NCBI GenBank assembly: GCA_903919075.1
Contig: CAIXGR010000072.1
Location: 1,210 to 65,209 of the forward strand
DNA length: 64,000 nt
Reading direction: 5' to 3'
Source of the DNA: an uncultured Bacteroidota bacterium
Lineage (GTDB): Bacteria; Bacteroidota; Bacteroidia; Chitinophagales; LD1
Positions 1 to 9,132 of the stretch are shown here, one piece after another; the stretch's first letter is position 1; the number at the start of each line of letters is the position of its first letter. The translations under genes and the position numbers were made by a program. The notes under the pieces were generated by a model. It did no database searches, was not told the DNA's origin, and saw nothing but the letters and a program-made list of their open reading frames with translations.

Positions 1-406
1 ATGATGGTGATGTTAATCCGTTAGCCGGTGTAGCAGTATAGGTTACACTACTACAAATTACACCCCCTGGGTTTGCTGTGATTGTAACACCAGCTACCAA
101 ACTGTTAGAACCATTTAAGCTGGTCCAACTTGGTGATGATGGGGTGCCTGCATTGTAATTATAAACATTGCAATCGGTATTGAAAACAGTTAAGCCTGTT
201 GCCGGGTTAGAGATTCCATCTCTTTGGCTTGTACTCATTCTTGGCAATAATACGCCCATGTTATTAAAGTCAACATCCAGACCGGCTGAATTATCGGCGG
301 GTGAGCCTGAAGTATTAATAGCCACACCTTGTTGAGCATTTACAATATAGCAAGGGCAAACAGAAAAGCCAATCAATGCGATTAGCAGGTAGAATATTTT
401 TCTCAT
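1..406 (-). CDS. Secreted fibre/adhesin-like protein, N-terminal part (runs off the window edge); paralog of 1337..3202
   Basis: Not in the ORF track. Translated by hand from ATG at 406: MRKIFYLLIALIGFSVCPCYIVNAQQGVAINTSGSPADNSAGLDVDFNNMGVLLPRMSTSQRDGISNPATGLTVFNTDCNVYNYNAGTPSSPSW..., collinear with the N-terminus of 1337..3202. Open to base 1. Confidence 0.85.
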   Translation of the reverse strand, partial: MRKIFYLLIALIGFSVCPCYIVNAQQGVAINTSGSPADNSAGLDVDFNNMGVLLPRMSTSQRDGISNPATGLTVFNTDCNVYNYNAGTPSSPSWTSLNGSNSLVAGVTITANPGGVICSSVTYTATPANGLTSPS

Positions 407-574
407 AATTCAGGTGTTTAGTTATTTCAATAGTATGTCTGCAAATTAAATGATTTATTGATAAAACACAAGCTTTTTAACATTTGCACAATTAATTTTT
501 ACGCCTACTTAAAAAGGCATAACATACTTGCATAAGAAAACTAAATCCGCTATTTTAGCTGGCTATCAATAAAC

Positions 575-606
575 TATATCAAAAAACATGTGTGTTTTTT
601 GATATA
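575..606. repeat. Perfect 14-bp inverted repeat (TATATCAAAAAACA-tgtg-TGTTTTTTGATATA); possible terminator or protein-binding site
   Basis: Arms 575-588 and 593-606 are exact reverse complements. It lies ~85 bp downstream of the 692..1273 stop on the minus strand. Confidence 0.6.
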
Positions 607-691
607 AGTTAAAGCATTAATTGCACGAGCTTAAAATTAAATGCTTTATTTTTCTAATATAGATGACCATATCTCGCCCAAAAAATATTTT

Positions 692-1273
692 CTAATTTCC
701 CAATGTTGCGTCAAATTTGTTTGGTGCTTGTTTTAATACTAACATCAATTGTTCAAACTCTTCAGAAGAAAGAACTATTCTTTCTTTATTCAATTCTCCT
801 AAAAGAATATACCGGCCCCATATTGTTTTGCTGCTAGAGCCTGCAATAAATATGGCAAAACCGCCTATTTTAAGACCCGAACGACAAGAGTAGTAATACT
901 CCAAATTATCATCGAAAGTAACTTGGGGGGCTTTGATAAAAACAGTTGCTTTTAAATGTTCAATTGTTTTTACCAAATCAGAAATTTCATCTAAATCAAT
1001 GTAACCCAAATATTTCCCGCTTGAATTAGCCACTTTATAAACTATGCGAAGACCGTTAAGGGTTTTATTATCGGATATATTAGTTGACTTTACTAACTGA
1101 ACAGTTATGTCTTTAACTTTCACGACATCAACAAAATTTACTTTAATGCATTTGCCGGGTTGCTCTAGTTGCTGTTGAATATTGCTTTGGTGAAGTTGTG
1201 ATTGATTATTTTGAGAGAAGCTAGAATTTATTTGAATAAAAAGCATCCCTATTATAAATAAATATTTAGTCAT
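692..1273 (-). CDS. Secreted hypothetical protein (193 aa); paralog of 3275..3835
   Basis: Signal peptide MTKYLFIIGMLFIQINSSFS-Q. Shares KTLNG(L/V)R, NSSGK, GYIDxDEI and EYxYSCRSGLxIGGF with 3275..3835. Confidence 0.8.
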   Translation of the reverse strand: MTKYLFIIGMLFIQINSSFSQNNQSQLHQSNIQQQLEQPGKCIKVNFVDVVKVKDITVQLVKSTNISDNKTLNGLRIVYKVANSSGKYLGYIDLDEISDLVKTIEHLKATVFIKAPQVTFDDNLEYYYSCRSGLKIGGFAIFIAGSSSKTIWGRYILLGELNKERIVLSSEEFEQLMLVLKQAPNKFDATLGN

Positions 1274-1336
1274 ATATTTCTCTATTAAACAACCGGCGTG
1301 TATTTTAAAAAACCTGGATTATTAATTGAATGTTGT

Positions 1337-3202
1337 TTACCAAGAAATTTTAACCTGTCCATTGCCTGTTTGAATGCCATCCTGACTACCAGTTGTGTTA
1401 TCCATTCCTCCGTAATACGATGAGCCACCACCACCTGGACCACCGCAACAATTTGCAGCACCACCACCACCGCCATAATATCCACCACCACCACCACCAG
1501 TACAGCCTGAGCCTGCAACGCCGCCTGTACCTATACCTCCGGCCCCACCGGGATATACACCACCAACCCCGCTTCCACCATCACCACCTGCAGATTGCGT
1601 CCCTCCAAAACCACCATAATTATGAGTGCAGCCATTGCAAATTCCTCCCATTCCGCCGTTGGGATACCCACCTATTCCACCGGGCCCGCAGTTTGCAGAG
1701 GCACCGCCACCGCCACCGCCAGCAACAATTATCCGGTTCGACAAATTCGTTCCACCAAGGCGCACATCAGATGCACCACCACCGCCAGCACCAGAATTTC
1801 CATTTGTACCACCCTGTGAGCCTCCATTATAGCCAGCAGCACCACCCGGGTCGGAAATACTATTTAACGAGCCACCTGAGCCGCCTACGTAAACGTATAA
1901 GAGGGAACCAGGCGTAACATTTTTATTTCCATAAACATAGCCACCATTACCACCTACAAGATATTCATAAACACTGCTATTTCCCGTACCACCCTGAGCC
2001 CCCCAACATTCGATTTTTACTGAAAAAACACAGGACGGAACAGTAAATATTTGCTGACTCCCTGTATAACCAAAAGTCTGCGAACCTGTTTGAGAGTTGC
2101 CACAAGGAATTACTGAAACCGCTAAACTGGTTGCCGAACTTGTACCGCAACCATTGCCTGCGGTTACAGAAATATTTCCCGAATCTATTGCGAATTTTAC
2201 AGTTATTGATGTTGTTCCCTGGCCCGATGTAATAGACGCGCCGGGCGGAACTGTCCAGGTATATGTAGTGGCATTAGTTACAGCACCAATTGAATACACA
2301 ATACCTGTTGCCCCGGTATCAACCGACGTACTTCCGAAAATTGTTCCCGGCGGGCCCGGAACCGGTGGGTTAACCGTAACCGGTAAATTGCTTGCTGAAC
2401 TGCTTCCACAGCTGTTAACAGCCGCAACGCTAATATTGCCTGAACCGGTACCAAAAGTTACGGTTATAGAAGTTGTACCAGAGCCTCCGGTAATGACCGC
2501 ATCACCTGGCACCGACCAGTTGTAAGATGTAGCACCGGCAACTGGGGCAATTGAATAAACATTGCCGCTAGTATTAGCACACCCGTTTGCACTACCAGAA
2601 ATTGAGCCCGGTGTTGACGGAATGGCAACTACTGTCATAATAATTGAATTAGACGTAGCGGGGGAACCGGTAACACAAGCTTCATTTGAAGTTAATATAC
2701 AAGTTACAATATCGCCATTATTTAAAGCTGATGTTGTGTATGACGAACTATTGGCACTTACATTACTGCCATTAATCTGCCATTGATAAACCGGTGAGTT
2801 AATACCGATTGAAGGTACCGCAGTAAAAGTTACACTAGTGCCGGTACCAGAACAAATAGCACCAACCGGACTTGCGGAAATTGTTATTCCAGCAATTATT
2901 GCATTGGTTGCGTTCACGGTTGACCATACCGGTGCTGAAGATGTACCAGAATTGTAATTATAAACGTTGCAATCGGTATTAAAAATGGTAAGGCCGGCCG
3001 CTGGATTGGCAATGGCATTTCTTTGCACGGTGGTCATTCGGGGCATTAGTACACCCTTATTTGTAAAATTAACATCAAGCCCGGCTGAATTGTCGGGTGA
3101 CAGACCTCCTTGGCTTATAGCTACACCACCTTGAGCCTTTATATTAGAAACAGAACAGACATTAAGAATAACCAAAACTAATAGATAGAATACTCTTTTC
3201 AT
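1337..3202 (-). CDS. Secreted protein: Bacteroidota fibre-type N-terminal motif, Ig/PKD-like repeats and a C-terminal glycine-rich (ALK/LTK GRD, PF12810-like) domain
   Basis: ATG at 3202 (MKRVFYLL... signal peptide) preferred over 3244. Contains SAGLDVNFTNKGVLMPRMTTVQRNAIANPAAGLTIFNTD, two PKD-like repeats (VYSI..V..AT.Y.W.VP..A.IT.G.GTTSITV.F) and a C-terminal FTVP..V.SV.IECWGAQGG...SDVR.GG...IVAGGGGG...GGGGGGYYGGGGG...GNGQVKISW. Confidence 0.85.
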   Translation of the reverse strand: MKRVFYLLVLVILNVCSVSNIKAQGGVAISQGGLSPDNSAGLDVNFTNKGVLMPRMTTVQRNAIANPAAGLTIFNTDCNVYNYNSGTSSAPVWSTVNATNAIIAGITISASPVGAICSGTGTSVTFTAVPSIGINSPVYQWQINGSNVSANSSSYTTSALNNGDIVTCILTSNEACVTGSPATSNSIIMTVVAIPSTPGSISGSANGCANTSGNVYSIAPVAGATSYNWSVPGDAVITGGSGTTSITVTFGTGSGNISVAAVNSCGSSSASNLPVTVNPPVPGPPGTIFGSTSVDTGATGIVYSIGAVTNATTYTWTVPPGASITSGQGTTSITVKFAIDSGNISVTAGNGCGTSSATSLAVSVIPCGNSQTGSQTFGYTGSQQIFTVPSCVFSVKIECWGAQGGTGNSSVYEYLVGGNGGYVYGNKNVTPGSLLYVYVGGSGGSLNSISDPGGAAGYNGGSQGGTNGNSGAGGGGASDVRLGGTNLSNRIIVAGGGGGGASANCGPGGIGGYPNGGMGGICNGCTHNYGGFGGTQSAGGDGGSGVGGVYPGGAGGIGTGGVAGSGCTGGGGGGYYGGGGGAANCCGGPGGGGSSYYGGMDNTTGSQDGIQTGNGQVKISW

Positions 3203-3274
3203 AAAAGTAATTTTTTGATTTGTTTTCGGAAAACCGAACTGCAAAATACCTTAATTTAACGATAAAACATAAGC

Positions 3275-3835
3275 CTATTTAGCCTCCATTTTTTCTTTAG
3301 CCAAGGAGAGAATCGATTTTAATTCATTAAAGTTTGCAAGAGAAATAATTATTTTATCGGAGCTTGTTTCGCTAAACATTACATACTGGTTCCATGTCAT
3401 TTTACCGTAAGTACCGGAGAAAAAGCCGGAGAACCCGCCAATATTAAGGCCTGATCGGCATGAATAATGATATTCGAAATTATCGGTTGGTCTAGATGAT
3501 GGTTCCTTATTAAAAATATTTGCATTCATATCCTCCATGGCATTAATCAATGCATCAATTTCATCAGCATCAATATAACCAAATTGTTTTCCTGATGAAT
3601 TAATGGCTTTATAACTTAGTCTTACACCATTTAGCGTTTTACTATCAATCAAATTTTTTGCTTTTGTAATTTGAATAGTCAGGTCTCTTACTTTTCCAAT
3701 ATCGAAAACTTCGGAAGTAACATATTTGTCAGGCTGATGAAGGAAGGCCTGAATATTACTCTGCTGAGGCTGAGAAAAAACCGTATTTATTTTAGCAGCA
3801 AAAAAAAATAATATAAGTAAGCATAGCTTCAACAT
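3275..3835 (-). CDS. Secreted hypothetical protein (~186 aa); paralog of 692..1273
   Basis: ATG at 3835 (the track starts at TTG 3841). Signal peptide MLKLCLLILFFFAAKINTVFS-Q. Motif-for-motif similarity to 692..1273. Confidence 0.8.
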   Translation of the reverse strand: MLKLCLLILFFFAAKINTVFSQPQQSNIQAFLHQPDKYVTSEVFDIGKVRDLTIQITKAKNLIDSKTLNGVRLSYKAINSSGKQFGYIDADEIDALINAMEDMNANIFNKEPSSRPTDNFEYHYSCRSGLNIGGFSGFFSGTYGKMTWNQYVMFSETSSDKIIISLANFNELKSILSLAKEKMEAK

Positions 3836-3983
3836 ATCCAATCAAATTTAAAGTATAATTAAAACTAAACAAGGCTGCTCCATTATTATTGAATATCAGC
3901 ATTCCTTCACCTTGGCTTTTCTGGCATAAAAATTCGAAATATTAAACCAACCGTTCTTTATTAAAAAACCAAGGCCATATACA

Positions 3984-4475
3984 ATGAAAAAGATGATTTT
4001 TTTCCACTGTTTTGGCGCTAAGCATTTTTGCTTTTAGCCATGCAAACACACAAGCAAGAGTTTCAGTAAATATTGGTTTGCAACCGGTTTGGCCCGGTAG
4101 TCTACAATAATGTTAACTATTACTATATAAACCGATATTGATGCTTATTAAGATGTACCAGGACACGTATTTATTTATGCTGATGGCAGCAGATGGGTAC
4201 GTAACCGTGGTTTACCTACGCGCTATGCAAATTTTGATTTATAACACTCGCACAAGGTAGTAATAAATGAACGTAAGTCCTGGTTACATCATGAAGCAGT
4301 AAGGGCAAACTACGAATCATACCGCAACCATCATGGGCAGATAGTGATACATGAAAACCACGAACCTACATATTATCAAATTAAAGAACACCCACAACAT
4401 GATCAATGGCGGCATGAAGAGTATCGTGGCAGGCATAATGAACCGCACCACAAAGATGAGCATCACCACGATTAA
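3984..4475 (+). pseudogene. Disrupted gene for a secreted Bacteroidota hypothetical protein with a His-rich tail
   Basis: Reconstructed as MKKMIF.TVLALSIFAFSHANTQARVSVNIGLQPVW.PVVYNNVNYYYI.DIDAY*DVPGHVFIYADGSRWVRNRGLPTRYANFDL*HSHKVVINE...HPQHDQWRHEEYRGRHNEPHHKDEHHHD*. Needs about three frameshifts and two in-frame TAA stops. Confidence 0.7.
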
Positions 4476-4722
4476 TCTCAAAATTTTCATTTGCGCTAAA
4501 ATGCCACTCACCTATTTTCGAGGTGACGTTTTTTATGCTTTTACTTCAAAAAATTAACACCTTATTATTTATTAAAAAAAGATAATTTTCAATCTTGCAC
4601 TTTTTCAATCTTTAAAAGAATGTAGTTTTGCGCCACCCATTGACAACCTATCATTTATTATCGCTAAACAATTCCGCGAGCGGTTCACGGGTTAATACTT
4701 TGCATTTAAAATCTCAAAAAAT

Positions 4723-7700
4723 ATGATGTGGATTGTGAGGCTTGCTTTACGCAGGCCCTATACAGTTGCGGTAATGTCACTATTGATTTTTATCATGGGG
4801 CTACTTTCTGTACGCGCCATGATGGTAGATATTTTTCCTTCTATTGATATACCGGTAGTAAGTGTAGTGTGGAGTTACCCAGGCCTATCGGCAGACGACA
4901 TTGAAAAGCGTGTGGTTTTTATTGATGAGCGTGCCATATCTACAAGTGTTAACGGCGTTTCAAGAATAGAATCATCATCAATACCCGGTATTGGTTTATT
5001 GAGAGTTTATTTTGAACCGGGTGCAGATATAGGTGCTGCTATTGCGCAAATGACTGCCGTTTCCAGCACCGCACTTAGGGCAATGCCGCCGGGTATGACA
5101 CCACCGGTAATATTGCAGTATAACGCTACTAACGTACCCGTTGCGCAACTTACATTAAGCAGTAAAACGCTTTCCGAATCGAAGATTTTCGATTACGGGT
5201 TGAATTTTATACGCTTGCGTTTATTTACTATTCCCGGCCTTTCAACACCGGCTCCTTTTGGTGGTATGTTCCGCCAAATTATGGTAGATATTGACCCAAG
5301 AGCACTTACTGCAAAAGGAATATCGCCAAACGATGTACTAATTGCCATTCAATCATCGAACCTTATTATACCGGCAGGCTCCGCGCGGATGGGGCATACG
5401 GAATTTAATGTGGTACTAAACTCGAGTCCGGACAACATCAAGCAATTTGAACAAATTCCGATTAGAGTGGTAAACGGGCAACCGGTACTACTTGGCGACG
5501 TTGCAAAAGTATCGGACAGTTATGCCGAGCAGACTAACATAGTGCGCGTAAACCGTAGCCGGGCAGCTTATCTTACCATTTTGAAAAAAGCAAATGCATC
5601 AACACTAATGGTGGTGGAAGCAGCTAAAGATATGCTACCAACCATTAAGGAAACAGCACCGGAAGGATTGGACTTGAAAGTAGATTTTGATCAATCCGTT
5701 TTTGTGCGCGGTTCAATTAATAACGTGTTGCGCGAAGCAATTATAGCTTCGATACTGGTATCGTTAATGATACTATTTTTTCTTGGCAGCTGGCGGGGGG
5801 TAATAATTGTTTGTACTTCTATCCCGCTTTCAATTTTGGTTTCGTTGGTGGGTTTAAATTTATTTGGCGATACTATAAATATAATGACACTGGGCGGGCT
5901 TTCGCTTGCCGTAGGTATGTTGGTAGATGATGCCACTGTTGAAATAGAAAACATACACCGGAACCGGCACATGGGCAAGCCGCTTACGGTAGCTATATTA
6001 GATGGCGCCAGCCAGATTGCCACACCGGCTATAGTTGCTACACTGGCCATATGTATCGTATTCTTTCCGGTGGTATTACTTACCGGTCCGGCTAAGTTTT
6101 TATTTGCCCCGCTTGCGCTTGCTGTAGTTATAGCCATGATGGCATCATACCTGCTTTCGCGAACACTGGTGCCCACCTTGGCGCGTATGCTAATGGAAAA
6201 CGAACCGTTGGATGAAAAGCCTGACGACCCGCATTTGGGGACCTTTGGCAGAATAGGTGTAAAATTTAACCATTGGCGCGACCGGAATTTTGATCATTTT
6301 CAACAAGCTTATGGCCGAGTATTAAATGTGTTGCTTCATCACCGCAGAACAACTTTGGTTTTTGTTATCCTGGCACTGGTGGGTTCTTTAGGTCTTATAG
6401 GTATTGTGGGCACAGACTTTTTTCCAAGTACTGATGCAGGTATGATGAAACTGCATTTTCGTGCACCGGCGGGCACACGACTTGAGGAAACAGAAAAACT
6501 TGTCGACTCGGCCGAAGCAAGAATTCAAAAAATAATTCCTGGGAATGAATTGGAAACCATTAATGACATGATAGGAATTCCTGTTTCATTCAACCTTGTA
6601 TTTGTAAATACCGATAATGCAAGCGGAATGGATGCGGAAATAACAGTTTCATTAAAAGAGGGCCATAAACCCACTATTGATTACATGAAGAAAATAAGGA
6701 AAGACCTTCATGAAAATTTTCCGGGCTGTGTGATTTACTTCCAATCGGCGGATATTGTAAGCCAGGTACTCAATTTCGGTTTATCGGCACCGCTTGACGT
6801 ACAAATTCAATATGCTGATTATTATAAGTCGTACGATTATGCACGCACCCTGCGCGATGAAATGAAAAGTATACCGGGCGTGGAAGATGTGGCCATAAAA
6901 CAGGTATTAGACTACCCTGCTTTTAAAGTAGATGTTGACAGGGTACGTGCAGCCCAACTGGGGCTTACACAGCGCGACGTTGCTAATGATGTTTTGATTT
7001 CTCTTTCATCAAGCAGTATGGTAGGGCCTTCGTTTTACATTAACCCTGCCAATAATGTTAACTACAGTGTGGTGGTGCAAACACCATATCAAAAAATAAA
7101 TTCGGTACAGGATTTAATGAACATACCGGTAACCGTGGCTAACCCTGCTTTTAATAATAATCCTAATCCATCGCCTACCGACTTACCAAGTGCGCAGGCG
7201 CAAACATTAGGCAACCTAGCCAAAGTAACCAGCAGTACACAGTTTAATCTTTTCAGCCACTACACCGTGCAAAGGGTAATGGATATAAACGCAAACGTTG
7301 AAGGCCGCGATTTAGGTTCGGTAGCAAATGCTATACAGAAAAAAATTAATGCGCTTGGCAAATTACCACCCGGAATGCGCATTGACCTTCGCGGACAAAG
7401 CGAGGTAATGAACAACTCTTTCAAAACATTAAGCTTAGGGCTTATATTAGCTATTGCATTAGTCTACCTGCTTATGGTGGTGCTGTTCCAATCGTGGATT
7501 GATCCTTTTATTATTATGCTTTCAATACCCGGTGCATTTATGGGTATACTTTGGATGCTGGTACTTACCGGTACCACTATTAATGTTGAATCGCTAATGG
7601 GCTCCATAGTCGCCATAGGCATAGCGGTTTCCAACTCAATATTATTAGTAAGTTTTGCAAATGATTTACGAGTTGAGCAGGGAGTAAGCTCATTAGAAGC

Positions 7701-7971
7701 CGCACTGGAAGCAGGCAAAACACGCTTGCGGCCGGTACTAATGACGGCCATTGCAATGATATTGGGTATGATGCCAATGGCTATAGGTATGGGTGAAGGT
7801 GGCGAACAAAATGCACCGCTGGGCAGGGCTGTAATTGGAGGGCTTTTAGTGGCAACCTTATTTACTTTGTTTGTGGTACCTATATTTTATTCCGTACTGC
7901 GCAAAGGTATACCAGCTTACTATACTATGGACGCGAAATTTGAAGAAGAAGCAAAGGGACACGAAGGTTAA
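4723..7971 (+). CDS. RND family efflux transporter permease (AcrB/CusA superfamily)
   Basis: 1082 aa. N-terminal ALRRP..V and DIFP.ID.P, TM4 GMLVDDATVEIENI, C-terminal RLRPVLMT...PLGRAVIGG. Confidence 0.95.
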   Translation: MMWIVRLALRRPYTVAVMSLLIFIMGLLSVRAMMVDIFPSIDIPVVSVVWSYPGLSADDIEKRVVFIDERAISTSVNGVSRIESSSIPGIGLLRVYFEPGADIGAAIAQMTAVSSTALRAMPPGMTPPVILQYNATNVPVAQLTLSSKTLSESKIFDYGLNFIRLRLFTIPGLSTPAPFGGMFRQIMVDIDPRALTAKGISPNDVLIAIQSSNLIIPAGSARMGHTEFNVVLNSSPDNIKQFEQIPIRVVNGQPVLLGDVAKVSDSYAEQTNIVRVNRSRAAYLTILKKANASTLMVVEAAKDMLPTIKETAPEGLDLKVDFDQSVFVRGSINNVLREAIIASILVSLMILFFLGSWRGVIIVCTSIPLSILVSLVGLNLFGDTINIMTLGGLSLAVGMLVDDATVEIENIHRNRHMGKPLTVAILDGASQIATPAIVATLAICIVFFPVVLLTGPAKFLFAPLALAVVIAMMASYLLSRTLVPTLARMLMENEPLDEKPDDPHLGTFGRIGVKFNHWRDRNFDHFQQAYGRVLNVLLHHRRTTLVFVILALVGSLGLIGIVGTDFFPSTDAGMMKLHFRAPAGTRLEETEKLVDSAEARIQKIIPGNELETINDMIGIPVSFNLVFVNTDNASGMDAEITVSLKEGHKPTIDYMKKIRKDLHENFPGCVIYFQSADIVSQVLNFGLSAPLDVQIQYADYYKSYDYARTLRDEMKSIPGVEDVAIKQVLDYPAFKVDVDRVRAAQLGLTQRDVANDVLISLSSSSMVGPSFYINPANNVNYSVVVQTPYQKINSVQDLMNIPVTVANPAFNNNPNPSPTDLPSAQAQTLGNLAKVTSSTQFNLFSHYTVQRVMDINANVEGRDLGSVANAIQKKINALGKLPPGMRIDLRGQSEVMNNSFKTLSLGLILAIALVYLLMVVLFQSWIDPFIIMLSIPGAFMGILWMLVLTGTTINVESLMGSIVAIGIAVSNSILLVSFANDLRVEQGVSSLEAALEAGKTRLRPVLMTAIAMILGMMPMAIGMGEGGEQNAPLGRAVIGGLLVATLFTLFVVPIFYSVLRKGIPAYYTMDAKFEEEAKGHEG

Positions 7972-7992
7972 AGAATAAAATAATTATTGTAT

Positions 7993-9114
7993 ATGACATC
8001 TGAAGTTAAAAACACATCGTATTATAAATTGCTGCTTGCCGGCTTTATAATATTGCTGTTAATCGGCGGGGGAATTGCATGGATTTATTTGGATAAGGCG
8101 CATAAAAATGAAACCGAAAGCATACGAAGAGATAAAGAATTAAAAGCCGGCCCACTGGTTAAAACTGCTGTTGCGGCATATAACTCAGGCAATAAAGAAT
8201 TGGTTTTAATTGGCGAAGCACGGCCTTACCAAACTACTACCTTATACGCCAAAATAAGCGGCTATCTTGAAAAAATAAATGTAGACAAAGGCGACAAAGT
8301 AACACAGGGGCAATTAATAGCTTATATAGATAATCCGGAAATAGACCAGCAATATAACTCGGCACTTGCTGACCTGGATAACAAAAAGAAAATAGCTGAC
8401 CGTGACAAAAAACTATTAGAGAAAAAATTTATTGCACAGGAGCAGGCCGATATTTCGCTAACCTCAGTAGAAATGGCACAGGCTAATGTAAAATCGCTAA
8501 CCGAGCAGCAACAATACAAATCATTAAAAGCACCTTTCACCGGAACCATTACTGCACGTTATGCCGACCCTGGTGCTTTGATACAAAACGCCATTAATTC
8601 GCAAAGCAGTGCGCAACCCGTGGTAACACTTGCCGAGTTGGGAAGATTAAGAATATATGTGTACGTAGAACAACGAGATGCAGCTTTTTTAAAAACCGGC
8701 TACCCGGTTGAAATTACTTTAACCGAAAGACCCGATACACACATTAAAGGAAGCATTACCCGTATTGCCGGAGCCTTAGACCCGCGAACAAGGATGATGC
8801 TATGCGAAGTAGATTTAGATAATAAAGACAATTTAATAGTGCCCGGTAGTTATGTGCAAGTGCATATAAAAAACCCGGTAGAGGATAAAAACAAAAAGAT
8901 AGTAGTGCCAGCGGTTGCACTGATTGTGCGTCAAAATAAAACAATGATGGCAACAATAGATAAGGATAGTGTGCTGCATTTTGTTGATGTTACCGTAGCC
9001 AATAACACCGGTGAAAAAGTAAGTCTTTTAGATGGCTTAAAAGAAGGCGACCGGGTTGCATTATCGGTAGGGCAAAGTTTGCTTGAAGGACAAAAAGTAC
9101 GAATTGCAGAATAA
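7993..9114 (+). CDS. RND efflux periplasmic adaptor (membrane fusion protein)
   Basis: Single N-terminal TM; AKISGYLEKINVDKGDKV, LKAPFTGTIT, LDPRTR motifs; lies between the RND and TolC genes. ATG at 7993 (the track starts at TTG 7987). Confidence 0.92.
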   Translation: MTSEVKNTSYYKLLLAGFIILLLIGGGIAWIYLDKAHKNETESIRRDKELKAGPLVKTAVAAYNSGNKELVLIGEARPYQTTTLYAKISGYLEKINVDKGDKVTQGQLIAYIDNPEIDQQYNSALADLDNKKKIADRDKKLLEKKFIAQEQADISLTSVEMAQANVKSLTEQQQYKSLKAPFTGTITARYADPGALIQNAINSQSSAQPVVTLAELGRLRIYVYVEQRDAAFLKTGYPVEITLTERPDTHIKGSITRIAGALDPRTRMMLCEVDLDNKDNLIVPGSYVQVHIKNPVEDKNKKIVVPAVALIVRQNKTMMATIDKDSVLHFVDVTVANNTGEKVSLLDGLKEGDRVALSVGQSLLEGQKVRIAE

Positions 9115-9132
9115 GTTTTTTAGCCATATAAA

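Noticed and set aside
1393-1917. His-rich 174-aa ORF on the plus strand, plus Pro-rich 1626..1832 and similar ORFs at 41580..41951 and 41913..42254
   Set aside because: These are antisense or off-frame shadows of the GGT/GGC glycine codon runs in the real glycine-rich genes.
3800-3808. A9 homopolymer in the signal-peptide region of 3275..3835 (similar runs near 12587 and 16593) as phase-variation switches
   Set aside because: They encode Phe-rich signal peptides, are in frame, and are unremarkable at this AT content.
1-3841. Diversity-generating retroelement or invertible cassette behind the paralog array
   Set aside because: No reverse transcriptase, recombinase or near-identical TR/VR pair is visible, and the paralogs differ at all base types. 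Sequence to the left of the window cannot be assessed.
4317-4557. Short ORFs 4317..4511 (-) and 4351..4557 (+)
   Set aside because: They are alternative frames over the 3984..4475 pseudogene, whose third frame gives the coherent protein.
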